A stretch of 59,809 nucleotides of DNA, filler included, from Sphacelaria rigidula (Eukaryota), in NCBI GenBank assembly GCA_964200075.2. It is 5 parts of 5 records of this genome, joined end to end, with 100 filler letters (N's around TTAATTAATTAA, not from the genome) between each part and the next. Parts side by side here need not be neighbours in the genome. Positions count along the whole stretch, not along the records: positions 11,984 to 23,865 come from CAXNAA020004381.1; positions 23,966 to 35,847 come from CAXNAA020004382.1; 3 more parts are not named here. One strand, 5' to 3'. The notes under the pieces are model-generated. The model worked only from the letters and a program-made list of their open reading frames with translations. It had not been told where the DNA came from and ran no database searches. Made by a program: the position numbers and the translations under genes. This document shows, one piece after another, positions 13,661-27,175 of this stretch. Position 1 is the first letter of the stretch, and every line of letters starts with the position of its first letter.

Positions 13661-14682
13661 CAACCTTGCAACTTTGCTTGTGGATTTCTCGCCTGCGACA
13701 GCGTGTTCCATAATGAAACTTTGCACCCTAGTCGGACACAACACAGACAGCATACGCGCAAAGCGCCTGCACGATTGGGCCCCATACTTTCTCGGGGACT
13801 ACCGTCGATGCGCCCTCAGATCGGCTATCCCGCAGCCCAGACTTCGTGCACTACAGACGGATGCATATATGCACGCCCAGATGCACAAACTTCGACATGT
13901 TGAGCGGCTGGGCGGCCGATGTGGTGGCAAACTGACACCGGTCTGCACTGCAACCCTTTCTCGATAATGACCATCTTCAGTGTACCGATCGGCATACAGC
14001 CTGTAGAGCTGCGCAGTTCATGGCGCACGGCCCTACGCGCGCTGTAGCCGCCTCGAGACGCTGAAACTTCGCTCATATGTTGTGCGAACCACAGTCGACA
14101 GTTCCACGTCGCTATATCTGGTGCTGTGCGCTGCAGCAGTGCGCACCAGAGGGAAAAGCGGTCAGATTCTGTTCCGATGTTTACTCTCTTTTTTTTTGCT
14201 TTTGGCGCAACACTGTTAGTAGACAGGTAGTGCTGTGCAGTAAATTCGCGGTGGCACAGCAGAAGGCGCCAATGAGTGCGGATGACAGCCACGCAGGTTT
14301 AGCATCCCCTCATCTTGAGGTTTTGCGCCGTGTTATCATGGATGTGTTGCTCTACGGAGAGAGGGCTTACGTCTCTTTGCGTAGGTTGAGCGAGACTCTT
14401 TGCCATTCAGCGTTCAATGGTTGAAGGACATGGGAAGGATCAACTACGGGGGAGGTTACAGACTCGAAGGACTCCAAAAGTTGGATACGATACTTGAGGG
14501 TACTGAACTTTTTCATATATTCAGTGTTCTTACATCATGATGAATCTTGCTCGGTGTAATGTTTTGTTACATGAAACTGAAGTCATCTACAGAAGGACAT
14601 CGCGAAACGTTAACCACTGGCTCGTGCAGTATTTCACGTAGTTTAACTTCAGAGTATTATCCTATCGCCTTATACTGCTGTG

Positions 14683-17600
14683 ATGTATCTGCAGCTGGAT
14701 GGAGTTGGTGCTGCTGCTTGGCACGGGCAAAGCGACATTAGCCCCTGGCACATGCAGTTTTCACCTATCGGGCGAACCTCCTTCGGGGCGACTGTAGGTC
14801 CAGTGGGATCGAGCGACCGAGACGTCGTATGGGGGTCAACGCCAGGGGAGGACTGTCAGGAAAGGTTCTTCGCGCAGACGGTAAGATGAACGGGGATATT
14901 TCCAGCACATTGTGGACTTGCCTCACCGACTCACCCCTGACAGAATGAGGACTGGCCACGAGAAGAATGAAACGAACCAGGGTCATGATCCAAATCACAC
15001 CCTCCTAGAGGAGGAATTGTTGAAGTCACCTCAACAGTTTGTGCTAGAGAAGTTGGCGTGTCTGCGTGCAGGGATGCCATAGCGTTGTGTACTGACATGT
15101 CTATTTTTCGTGTCGAATAAAAATGGATCTGGAGCGTGGACGGCAGCTCCTGTATACGCCCTTGCGCCGCCCACATCAGCTGATATTCAAAATGCTCATG
15201 CGTGTGTCATCGCCCACCCCAGACACACAACACACACAACCTCGAGAGTTTGTGCCAGAGAAGTTGGCGTGTCTGCGTGCAGAGATGCCATAGTGTTGTG
15301 TACTGATATACCTATTTTTCGTGTCGAATAAAAATGGGTCTGAAGCATGGACGGCAGCTCCTGTATACGCCCTTACGCCGCCCACCCCCGACATCCCAAA
15401 ACACCGGTCGTATCATTCAGCTTGATCACTTCCGCCATGTGCCTGGAGCATCCGAGCCGACGTTCCAGCAACGATACTTTCTGTGTGACGAGTTCTGGCG
15501 CCCGGCGAGAGGAGACGGGACAGATGGAAGTGAAGCGGATGGGCGCGGCGGAGAGCGTGCCCCGCGGGGCGCCAAGGGTCCAATATTTTTTTACGTGAGC
15601 AATCGTAGCGAGTTTGAGGAGAGACCACGCTGTACATCTGTGGTGTTCGCTGCCTTCCTCATGTCAAAAACCGCCACCTTTGTTAATTGGTCCAGGAAGA
15701 ACTCGCCATGAACGGCGTGTCACAATTACACGGATACGCGTCCCTTCCAGGTAGAGGTTGTGTTGTTACATTCTTACCCATCTTGTCTTGTCCCATTCTT
15801 ACTCGCCGCGTGTTGTTGCCGTTGCAGTGGTCACTGTCCATACGTTTTACGGTTAGGACGAATCATCACGGGTTCGAATCACCAAATACACGATTTCTTC
15901 GGCCTGATTGCCGAAAAGGGAGAAAAAAATTGACCGCTGGTCCAAGGGGTATTTCACCCAACCTTTTTGCGCCCTTCCTCGTGTCTGGGCTGCATGTACC
16001 TGGGTTGCAACGCTGAGAACAAAGCCTAGGGATTGATTCGTGCGATTCGAATCAATGACACTAAAACCAAGTAATTTCCAGGCGAATCATTGATTTGTCC
16101 GACCCTTGATACGTCTCGTCGAATTCCACTATCTTGATCTTTGACCGATAAATTTAAGTCATTTGCACTCGAACAATCGAAATCACAGGCTGGAAACGAG
16201 GCGGACGTATCGCTGTACCTCTCAGCCACTGGTCTGATGTGGGAGAACGCTAAATCCTTCAACGCTCTGTTGGTGTTTGCGGAGCATCGGTTTTACGGAG
16301 AGTCGCTCCCTTTCGGCGCTCCTGATGAGGGCCGAGAGTACCTCAGGTGAGGTCCAGTAAGTGACCTTTTCAATCGTCCCCAAAGCGCCGCATTGGGATG
16401 CTAGGTTCTGGTCACCCAACTGTACGCTTTGACGCTTTGTCCACGGACACCGTCTGCATATTTCGGCATACTCTCATCATGACACACACGAGCGCCAACT
16501 GTAGGTGGTGTTGAATAGCTATATTGGATGGCCTTGCCGACCGACTGAAAACACAGCGAGCACAGAAACAGCTAGGAACTGTTCCTGTTTCACGTTGTAG
16601 GTAATTCAGCAGAGATCAACGTCAACCCGTGCTGCACATCAAATCATCGGGATTTCCCACACTCGAAAATTCTCGGGCGCCCGAACTCTTTCTAGCCGGA
16701 CTGGGGGAACTACTACGGCATCCTTTCTGGAGATACCCAAGATAAGGTTCCGAAGGTGCACGGTGTTTTCGGCAAATTTGGGGTGTGTGCCGATTGTGCA
16801 GACTAAAACAGGACTGCCGCGCCGCAATGGAGTGCACGCCCTGGGCACAATATTTTATCTTACATTTTGTGTTATTATTTTTATCATCATTATTATTATC
16901 ATTATTATAATAATAATTATTATTATTATTTTTATTTTTTTATTATTTTTATTATTTTTATTTATTTATTTATTTATTTATTTATTTTATTTGTTGCACT
17001 GTGAACCCCTTCCCTTCCTCGGGACGAGTCCGTGGTCTCAAGGGATCATAACCCATCTCTCCCCGGTACACGCCTTACATTTTGGTGTCGCGGATTGGGT
17101 CAGCGCTCCCGCACCGCGTCAACTCACGCCAAGCACACTGAGTCAACTACTTTGTTTTCTCACGTTCTCACGTTTGCCACGGTGGGAAGCAGATACTACG
17201 AAGAAAAAGCCCAACGCATCGGGAATCGAGCCCTCGTTCTCTCCACCCTAATGGCGACAGTCGGACCATTACACCACCAATATATATATATATATATATA
17301 AGACAGGCTGTCTTCGGTGTTGGCAGGCACGTTCCCCTGGGACGGTTTACTCGAGAGGTGTGCGTAACAGCGCGGTTGCGGAGCGTGTTCAGCGAAAGTA
17401 ATGATACAGCTGGAGGAAGCGGAAAGTATCGACAGATGTAGGCAATCCCGTCAGCATCAACCGAACACTCCGTACAGACGAGATTAGGCTGGGAGCGATA
17501 CACAGCCGCAGCAGCCAAGGACCATACCGAGCGAAGAAAACGCTGTCGCAGCCGTATCGTAAACTCCAGGGTGAAAGCATTCGAGACTCCTGGAAGAAGG

Positions 17601-20600
17601 GACGCGGTGGATAGCCGCAGATTGACGCATATCTATGCAAAACTCGTTGCGGCTACACGCGCAAAGCACCAGTGTGTGCGCTCTCTCCGCCGCAAGCGCC
17701 CACCCCGTTACTTCGCGCAGGAAGAGATGCGCTCTGGGGCACTGTTCCATCACAGCTATCTCAAGCTTCCATACCACGGGGAGAAAGAACGGAAGTTATC
17801 GATAGGTGTGCACCCTTCGCCTCCAAGTAGTCGCCCTATACGCGGCAATATATACCCACAGCTTGGCGCACAGCTACGGGGCAATAAGCTTCACGGATGC
17901 AAGAACAAAGCAGCGACGCCGATGTACAAAAAACGTGTAGATATGGTATATCGCCAAACGCATTCAACTCATTTTCGGTACGCATGCACTGTTCATTTTT
18001 TTTGGTATGTTCGCAGCACACCGCAGGCACTTGCTGACTACGCCTTGTTGATAGGAGCTCTGAAAAAGGAACTAGGTGCAGAAGACTCTCCCGTGATTGC
18101 ATTCGGGGGCAGCTACGGTGGTATGCTCGGTGCGTAGGGGGGGGGGGGGGGGGGGGTCCTGTTTTGTTGTTTGCTTTGGTTGTTTGACTGTTGACCACGC
18201 ATCCCTTTCGAGACGGTGCGTAGGGGGGGGAGTCCAGTCATGTTTTGCGTTCGATTTGGCTTCTATATTGTGGATATATTGGTGATATTACGGAATTTTG
18301 AGGTTTTGACACGTGGATAGGACTGTCTACAGAGAACGGTCACTTGATTTTTAACGCTGCAAGAGTCAGCGAGTACACTTTGAGGATACGTTTTTGTGCG
18401 GTGGAAAAGTACCTGAATGCACTTTGAGGGCGCAGTGGTATTTTACTCACGGTTCATTCCCTGCCTTGTCCGTAAACCCGCTTCGAAAACCTGAACCAAA
18501 CCCCGCGCCCCCAGCTTCGTGGCTCAGGTTAAAGTACCCGCACGTCATCCACGGAGCTGTCGCAGCTTCGGCACCTGTTTTGGCGTTGGAAGGCGAACTC
18601 CGGCCTCCACCAGACCCTGAATCCTTCGCTGAAACTGTCACTCGCGCTGCGGGACCCGCGGGTGGCGCGGCGGAGGCTTGTGCAGCAAATGTTCGACGCG
18701 CATTTTCAACGGTATTGTCTTCGGAGCGACCAGAGGTGAGACATCCACAGGGCTGCTAAGCAGCGTCTCGTAGGACTCCATACTTTCAAGCAACGGTACC
18801 GTGACATATGTTTTCTAGACCCCATCAAACGATGACGCAACATCGAATTCAGTCGTTGAGGGTCAGCGTTGCATAAGGGATATCGCGCGATGCAGTCATG
18901 TTTTTCAGTTTCACGGAAAGCCATGGCCAAAATAAAACCGGATGACTATCTTGTTTTGCTAACAGAACGGGAGACATTGCAATTCTACTACACGACTGCA
19001 CCGCTTCCTCCCTTTCATCCCCTCCGATACAGACGACGACACCAGAGGATATTGCACGGTGGTTGCGTGTGTGTCCGGGCGAGGAGCCAGAGGAAGAAGG
19101 CAAGTACCCCCAAACGGTCGGATTTGGGACCAGTCGCATCAGCATCAGGGCTTGAGGTTTTGGACTAGGCACATCGTCGTGTCCTTGATGCTGCACGGAT
19201 TGCAGTGGCGCAGCTTTGGGAGGAGGCTGCGCCGCAACGGATAATACGTTGTGCCGTACCACCCTTAGCCCTGGTGCTCCCTATGAGAGCACACACAGAA
19301 AACAACGCGCACTGCACTTTACTGCACCAGAATGAACGGGGAAGCGGGAGTTTCACCTTCAGCTGTCGTTTGTGTATCGGTCATCCGATAGGACGACTCT
19401 GGACAAAGCACATGTGGGTCACTCCCCTAGTCCAGAATACGCTCATTGCAAGCCGCTTTTGCTGCTGATGCTGCTCAAGTGTTGAATAAATGCTGGTCGC
19501 TCGGACTCTCGTTTTATTCGTCGTTGTACGCGCATGGACTCGCGACACCGCAGGCGCGCGCCTCGAATTGGCATGGTGGGCGCGGTCAGCTTTCGACTAC
19601 CTGGCAATGGGTAACTATCCGTACGCAACAGGTTACATCCTCAACGATGGCGACGGGCTCGTAACGCTGCCACCTTGGCCACTGAGAGAGGCGTGCGCTC
19701 ACATGGCAGATGCTGAGGTAGGTTGTTTACTGAAATTCACTTGCTGCCATCCTCATGGTGGGATGATCGTTGCATCGTAGCTACGCCTGCGGTATTGATC
19801 GCTTCTGTGTCGCGGTCAAGTGGTACAGATTGCCCCGCAATAATGAAAATGTTCTGCCGCTGTCACCTTCCTCCGCCCTTTCTGCCCCCCTGATAACACA
19901 AGTTAATCCGTGGTGAGACGATGAAACGGCATGGTATAGGCATCGGTTGTCGCGCGACCCTGACATCATTCCCTATGCCTCTCCCCTCCCCTTGGTATCA
20001 CTGGAGTGATGCGCGTTGACGCGATGAAACAACACTAAATGCGTCCCTTTAAAGTGGCAGATCTCATGTTGTCTCGCACACACACACACACCACGTTGCA
20101 AGTCTCAGGATGGTAGATTCATATTTGTACTGAGGTATATGCCCATTTGTTGCCCTCCCCTCCTCTTCGGATGTGATTCACCACTTGCAATACATCAGGT
20201 GCACCCGTCTCCTCTCGTTCGGTCTCGCTCGCTGTAGTGTCCCCGACCTGTTTCCCACCTCCCCGCCGCGCCATACAGAACCTTCCTGATGTAGTCAGCA
20301 GTTGCAACACACCATCCACGTGACCCGAGCTGTGCCTTGCTAGCTTCGTCTCGGTTGCCACAAACATTGCCATGGCGGCGGCACCACGCTGCTCTGTCAA
20401 TCCCAATACTGAGTTACCTCACGAATCGCTCTCTGGGGCCCTACCGCTTTTGGCCGTCTTTGTAGTGCAAATAGTCTCGTCCCGCATTGATTGCACGCGA
20501 GACGGGATTCAAGCCGTCAATCACGGTAGACTTGTCAATCGTTGTTTTCCCCCCGTTACTGCCCGCCCATCCCCCGACCTCAGATGGATGGATACGTAGA

Positions 20601-22742
20601 CAGTTGGGTGGGCGGATAGGCAGGTAACAAGGCAGGTGGGAGGAGATACGCGAGGCAGATGGACAGAGATCGGTGGTTTTTTGGATACGTCCCGGCTCCT
20701 GCACCCCTGATTCATCCCCCCTGCCATATCGGCCCCATCTGTACCCCCCCCCCTAAAAATTTTACTTTGTACTAATAATGAGAGCACATCATCGAGGGTA
20801 GTGACTTCACGGGTGCTTCCTGGTCCCTTCGAGCGTCGAGGGAGCGGCAACGTTGTGAAATGTCAAACATAGCGACTTTCATCTTGATCCAGTAATCACC
20901 CTCTTGCGCTGTTATTACATGAACACCGTATTCATTTTGCACAAGATGAGCGGCGAGGAAGCTCTGGTGAGCGCTCTTGCCGATGCCATCGGGGTGTTCT
21001 ACAACGCCACCGGAGACTTGGAGTGTTTTTCCCCTGCTGCCGGAGCCAACAATGAAACCACAGTAGATGGGAACAACTGGAACTGGCAGGTGACTGATTA
21101 TTCTTGGGCGATCTCATCTGCTGACCTGTTATGTCTTTTTTTTCCTGATTTGAGCGACTGGTCAGTGTCGCGAGTAGCGATTTCTGCTGTGCTGCATCAA
21201 GTCTCGCAAGGAGTGTCTACAGTGATACTCGGGGTGATCCGAAAAATCGGTACCTTGTCAAAGTCACAACTATATTATATGATATAAGAATAATGACACT
21301 TCGCCTTCTCCATCTCCTGCATGCTCACGTCCAATTATGTGAACATCGTGTACTGAGCGTCCGTCCAAACGCGCGTTCGAGAAGGAGGTAAAACCACTCC
21401 GATGATGTGGCCTCAATAACAACGCTGATTTTTGTCGCCCCGCCCTTCTCCCGCTTTCGTCGACCATGTTGATATTCTCACACCAAAATCTTCCCTCGGG
21501 TGTACGCCCGGATTCAGGCATGCACCGAGATGTCGATGCCGATGTCAACCGACGGTGTTCGTGATATGTTCTGGAGCGCGCCGTGGAATCAACTGGAGCA
21601 AGACGCTAGTTGCATGGAGCAATTCGGCGTGTCTCCCCACGAAGGCTGGGGAGCGGTAGAGTACGGGGGATACGACGCGTGGTCTCAAGGTAAGTCTGGG
21701 TAAAGATATGTGGTTGTGAAACAGAATGCATTGTGCAAGTTTCCTCGGTCTTGCAGGCCGGTAGCGTAACACCTGGTTCCTCTACGTGATATATTGTTGA
21801 TACCAATAGTGAGACTACTCATGTTGTATTGGACTTGACCGTTTTGTGCCTCCCCCGGAATACGGAACTCTGTCACGTTTTCTTCCATCGACCCCTGATA
21901 ATTGTGATGCTCATGATAATTGTGATGCTTAGATATGATGAAAACATGAACAACGTTTTTCAATCCGCCGCTTTTCGCGTAGTAAGTTGCTCACGTGCTC
22001 CCCGCGCCGTTTTTGTGTTGCCGCGCACAAATAGTAACGAATGTGGTCTTCAGCAACGGGAAGCTGGATCCTTGGTCCGGCATGGGGGTGCTGGACGCAA
22101 AGCAGGCAAGTACGTGACATGTCGCATTTCCATGTGTCCACCAAAGCTCAACATTGATGCGATGTTCTTGCCGCAGACTTCACTGGTCGTAGACGAGACG
22201 TGCTCTGCTGTGCATGCGACGAGCTCGCATCGAGAAGTTGCCCCTCGGTGTGGAGCGTGCTGGGTCGACATGAAAATGCCAGTGGCTGACACGGCAGGGT
22301 AAATATATTTCGTACGGGGCGTTGCACGAGATTCCGCCCCCGAGGTTACTGCAGTGCCATGCTTGCGCGCATTCTTGTTATATAGTCCTCTGTATTCCAA
22401 AAGCGCTGGTTGAGTTGGCCACCTTTATGTAGTGACTTTACGATCAATTGATTATCAATCTTTCTGTGTTTTTTCCCATTTCAGGCTGGTCCTGGCATCG
22501 ACATCATCATCATGGACCAAGCCGCACACCATCTGGACTTGTTTTTCCAGCACGACTTGGATCCCGAAGAAGTTCTTCAGGCACGCCTGAAAGAAATGGA
22601 TCTGGTGGAGGACTGGGTGCGAGATGGATACGCTGCCGCTGCTGCTGCGAGGAGCGAGAATGGCGACAAACGGAAGCGGCCGTGGAACCCGACTGTGCAG
22701 AGCCTTGACCGTGGAAACATGGGGTTATTGATGAACGGGTAG
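14683..22742 (+). CDS. PRCP: Serine carboxypeptidase S28 (lysosomal Pro-X carboxypeptidase/DPP7-like); exons 14683-14880, 15421-15594, 16189-16346, 18017-18129, 18515-18735, 19033-19099, 19554-19717, 20946-21089, 21518-21689, 22035-22105, 22485-22742 (~579 aa; start uncertain)
   Basis: Spliced frame gives [39 protein letters not shown], catalytic GGSYGG, RLKYPH, AMGNYPY, WQACTE, NGKLDPW and AAHHLDL. All intron phases are compatible. Confidence 0.92.
15035..15385 (+). repeat. Direct duplication of ~140 bp (period ~210 bp) in intron
   Basis: gtttgtgc(t/c)agagaagttggcgtgtctgcgtgcag..cgccgcccac occurs at ~15037 and ~15248. Confidence 0.85.
16860..17280 (-). mobile_element. Full-length tRNA-derived SINE with (AAT)n/(AAAT)n tail
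   Basis: Minus strand reads A-box tggtgtaatgg, B-box-like ggctcgattcc, ~250-bp body, then an A-rich microsatellite tail (16860-16990). (AT)n at the 5' side. Confidence 0.7.
18128..18230 (-). mobile_element. Short poly(C)-tailed retroposon with TSD at an intron donor
   Basis: cggtgcgtagggggggg occurs on both sides (18128.. and 18214-18230). G20 tract at 18137-18156. Core ttgaccacgcatccctttcgaga. Confidence 0.8.
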
Positions 22743-23590
22743 TTGTTTTAATCTATTTCAAGTTTTGGGGGCTTTTTTCTGGGGAGTTACGTAGTTGTGG
22801 TGTGTATGGTAGTGGCGTCTCAACGGGGTTTTTTTTCCTGGAGGGCTTTGAAGTTATGGTGTGTCCACTGGCGGCGGCTCATTACATCAGTCATTGAGGG
22901 TTATAGCTTTTTGTACATAAAAGAACCGCAGACGAAAGAGATTCGTTTGCGATGCGCCCTCCGTATGCCATGATGTGAGATCTAAATAATGCGTAGTAGA
23001 TGTGGAAGTGCACGGCCTTTGTTACCCCGCGTGGTTGCGGTTGGATCCTCCGTTCTTCGGGGATTGATGGATGCAGCGCGCCACCCACTTGACATGTCGT
23101 CTCGACCCGAAGAAGTATCCATATATATATATATATATATATATATTGCATATTTGCGCATATTTGCTCCCAACAACCATTTCGCCACATCAAGTGTCTA
23201 GCAGTTGATTGAGAGTGAGCTTGTCAGCCCATTACCACTTGGAAAAAAAATGATGCTGATTCCGCAAACGGACATGGAGCGTCGAAGGGTGCGTGACCCA
23301 AATTGCGAACGTTGGCGGTCAAACCGCTAACATTCCGAAGCGTTTGTCGTTGGGATATCATTCGAAAGCAGACAGACACCAACATACGACTCTTTGGGAT
23401 CGCGATGGGTCAACACCCGACACTCGCGTCCAATGTATCAACCGGAAGAAAAAATATCGGGATGCATGCCATTATGTGCGACGTTGTTAGGGAACCTGAT
23501 CACTGTACGACAGCGCGTTAATGAGAGGAATGCACGATGGTTGATATCCTCCCTTGTTTTAGTGTTGAACAAATCGCATCGGTTCCTATG

Positions 23591-23865
23591 AACCCTTTCG
23601 GGACTAGACCTCCAGAACGACCAACGAGGCTGGTAGGAAATGATGTGTCTTGCATATGCATGAAACAGCGCTGGCTTCATCTTTGCTAGGAACCAACGTA
23701 TGTATGTAACGGCAGGGTTAGATGAAGACCGAAAGTTTCATCCAATCTATTTTCAGGTGCAGGTACAACCTGTCTGTACTATAATTCGGGTGTTGTGTGC
23801 ATCAGGCAATGTACAGATGTATCAAGCAGTATCAGTCGCAGTGGAGAGCTTTCAGCAGGATGTGG
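23591..23865 (-). mobile_element. End of piggyBac-like element (family of 5075-6087), cut by contig end
   Basis: aaccctttcgggactagacctccagaacgacca.. aligns to the reverse complement of ~5855-6089. Confidence 0.6.
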
Positions 23866-23965
23866 NNNNNNNNNNNNNNNNNNNNNNNNNNNNNNNNNNN
23901 NNNNNNNNNTTAATTAATTAANNNNNNNNNNNNNNNNNNNNNNNNNNNNNNNNNNNNNNNNNNNN
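23866..23965. other. Artificial contig linker
   Basis: N run with TTAATTAATTAA. Confidence 0.97.
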
Positions 23966-25119
23966 CCCCGAAAAGGAGGGGGGGTCACAGGTCAAAACCC
24001 AAAGGCAAAAAAAAAAAAGGACCCCCCCCCCCCCCCCCCAGAGCGCAAAACACCTTATTTTTGTACGTTTGGGTTCGTTGCGGCTCAGTATCACGCTCAA
24101 ACAAGAACGTGAAATGAGTTGACCTAGCTTAGGTGCGTGGGAAGCGCACGCAAGAAATCGCAGTCCAATCCTCTGCTTAGTCACCGAGTTCTACGCGTTG
24201 CGCGATTGACACTTTTGAGTTGAGGATTAGTCGCGCTATTATAATAGAGGCCCAACATAGCAAATTAAAAAACAATCGGTGCGCATATATTGTTTCCTTG
24301 CTGCAAGCAAGTTGTCACGACATAAATTTTAGTTGCATGCCGCCAGGCACTGCTCCTTATAATTCTGTGCGGCTGTGCACCAAAGGCAATCCCGCCTTTC
24401 AACAGCGAGTATCCATTCAAGTGTCAAATTTCAGAGGGGGGATTAACAGAAGAAAGACAAAGCTAGCGGCTGCTTCGTGTCAGGGCTCCAGGGCAGAAGC
24501 CGAGGCGTCTAGAGCGATTGAAGTACGTGCACTACCTTACATCTGCTGGCGACACATTTTTGGTTGTTTCTGACACGCACGCGGCCGCCATTCGTCCAAT
24601 ACAGAACGGATCTCCGTCAAACAAAGACTGCCATGTGTAGATTAGCGAGGGCTAGCAGTAAAACTAATGCGCGTGAGTGATGGGTGTCGGTCCGTCTTTT
24701 TCGTGGATGGGTGTGTAGGTGTTGTGTTTCCTTGTTGCGTGATGTCTGTACCATTACACAGACCTTGGCCCTGCTTGGACTAACGACCACTTCCACACCC
24801 GCCTCATTTTCACTACTCGTGCCGCCACTTGGATCGCCTGTACAGCACACAGCCACAACTGTGTACAGACAGCGTGGTGTCTTTACAACAGCAGTGCAGC
24901 AACAGCATAATATGGCGGCATTCTCTATTCTCGATGGCAAGCAGCTGATGCATACTGTATACAGTCCGTGTCGTCAGAGTATCCATACAATCGAGCATGC
25001 GTGTACTATACACGGCCGTATAGCAAGTAGGGACACTTGTGAAATCACACCATCAATGTACTACAAGTACCGTTGTCTGCTGTCTGCTGTGCAGAAATAC
25101 TATGTGCAGCGGACAACAG

Positions 25120-25839
25120 TGTGGTGAGCCAAGCTCTCGGAGGCTTTATGGTTTTGAACTGAACCAGTTCTAGTCTGAAAATATGAATGTAGGCATCGGG
25201 AGATCGGGGTAAAACGTGATAAAATAATCCTTGTCTAGGGTACAGAGATGGTTTTGTGGTGTTTGAAGGCTCAGCGGGAATTCTGGCTACGGACAATAAG
25301 CACGCTGACGTATTCTATGTTGAAGTAGTAAAAGTAAGGAAAAACTTGCATCCCGGATCCGAAGGTCAGAGCAGAAGAGGTATGTTGAAGGGTAGATTCA
25401 CGAAATAGGGCGTCATTCAAGCATGTTTTGGACTTCATGCAGCACAAACCAGCTGTTGAGTGTGTTTGACGACTGAAGATTGGGTCCTTTTAGAGTTAAC
25501 ATCACAGGTTAGGTGGGCAAGTACGATTGAAGAGATGAAGAGACACAGAGGTGAAGACCTAAAGATTTTCTGTCTTCACCCCCGCGAGTCACTCTCTCAC
25601 TTTACGGTCCTTAGTTTCTTGTTTGATTATTGGTTTTGAGTACTTTTTGTGGTATTATAGTGCAACGACATCGGGGCGTCACCAGTAATATACTCGAGGA
25701 AGAAACAAAAAGCCTATTTTCTCATCTTGGCATATCAGTGCCCGCATCTCTCTTGGATTGTGTTTGGACAAGATGTCTGACCTTCATAAAGACAGTCGAA
25801 CCTATATTTGGGAATAGAGCGCAGACTTCTACCCTGACA
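25120..25839 (+). repeat. 5' LTR (720 bp)
   Basis: tgtggtgagcc..ccctgaca, about 99% identical to the 3' LTR by eye. Confidence 0.95.
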
Positions 25840-25840
25840 G

Positions 25841-25855
25841 TGGCGATCGACGGCA
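25841..25855 (+). promoter_or_regulatory. Primer binding site (tRNA-Ser-like)
   Basis: TGGCGATCGACGGCA lies 1 nt after the LTR and complements a ..TGCCGTCGA(T)CG-CCA tRNA 3' end. Confidence 0.6.
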
Positions 25856-27079
25856 CTCTGTGGAAGACGTTCAGCACAGTCTGCGCAGCACAGGTCTTCA
25901 GTTTGACACTCCGACTACCGACATGTCTGGTAAGAGCGATCGCTCCGTGTGTGATGTGGCAGTTACGAGCAGGGTCCGAACAAGGTCACAACGTAAGGCA
26001 GCAGATGAAATGTCACGTGGTACGAACTTGACTGTCGTGGCCAGTTCGAGCCTGTCGGGTGTATCAGAGACAAGAGAAGGACATATTGAGGAGTCAGTTT
26101 AAAGCGCGTCGGACTCAGAACCGAGGCTTCCAGCAAATTCAGGGATAAGCACCGGGGGGGAAAGAAGCATTACCGAGAAACTTTCGGCCCTTCGCCCTCA
26201 TCGGGACAATGACAGGACAAGCGTACAGAGTAATTAGCTAACAGATGATGAAAATAACTCGCGTCGCGTACCAGATGTAGAATCAGTGTTTACCCCTGAA
26301 GGGGGTCGAAGCCCCACCGATAAAACAACGTCGGCGCTTCACGCCTCCAACACAGACGACATGGAATGTGTTGAGAGCCTGACTGTAGCAGGGGCGAGTA
26401 CTCGCATTACAAATGTTGTCGACAAAGATGGACAAAAGCAGACCGTAGAAATGCCGTATGTCCCAGCCTCTGTTGAATCGGACAGTGATATGTCCACTGT
26501 GTCACGCCATTATATTAAAAGTTCACAACTGCCCAGTGCTGTGTATGACACGCTGGTGGGTAGCAATGTGAGGGCGCCCACCGATAGAAATGAAATGCTT
26601 GCTGGTGTTAGAGTTGAATCACCCGGTGATGTGAACAACATGCTTGCTGGTAGCAATTTGCAGTCACCCACGAACACGGAAGACATGGTTGTGGGGAACC
26701 AGGCGAAATTTGGTGGCGATGCAGAAATGATAGAAGTTACCCAGATGCCACTGTCAAAATTTCATGATAAACAGGATGGAAACAACGAGCAGAACAGCGA
26801 AACATGATCAGACTCGAGGGAACCTCAGGGTGACTCAGTGGCCCACTTTCACACGTCAGGAGTAGAACAAGGTAGTCGAAAATCGACTGCATCGGGAGTG
26901 GTTCAACAGATTGTGCTACTCCACAAAACAGAGTCACAACTACGATCAATGCTGTCTGATATTGAATGTAGCGGTGATAGCATGGCACGTTCGAGTCAAG
27001 AACAGAGGAAATGTATTGGAACGCAGGGTGCAGATGCTGCTTCAGTAAAAGCAGAACAAACAAACCGCACAGATCAGGG

Positions 27080-27175
27080 TTAGACCGCGAGATTAGTCTT
27101 CCTGGATCATGCATACTATTTTTTCACTTGAAATTGATGCCGATTCAACAGAAGACTAACCTCGCGGTCTAGGGG
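27080..27175. mobile_element. ~98-bp piggyBac-like MITE inside the gypsy element
   Basis: Nearly identical to 56105-56202. TIRs tagaccgcgagattagtctt and aagactaacctcgcggtcta. TTAA on the right only. Confidence 0.75.

Noticed and set aside
16763-17251. 162-aa ORF with poly-Ile hydrophobic stretch
   Set aside because: Translation of the antisense SINE microsatellite tail inside an intron.
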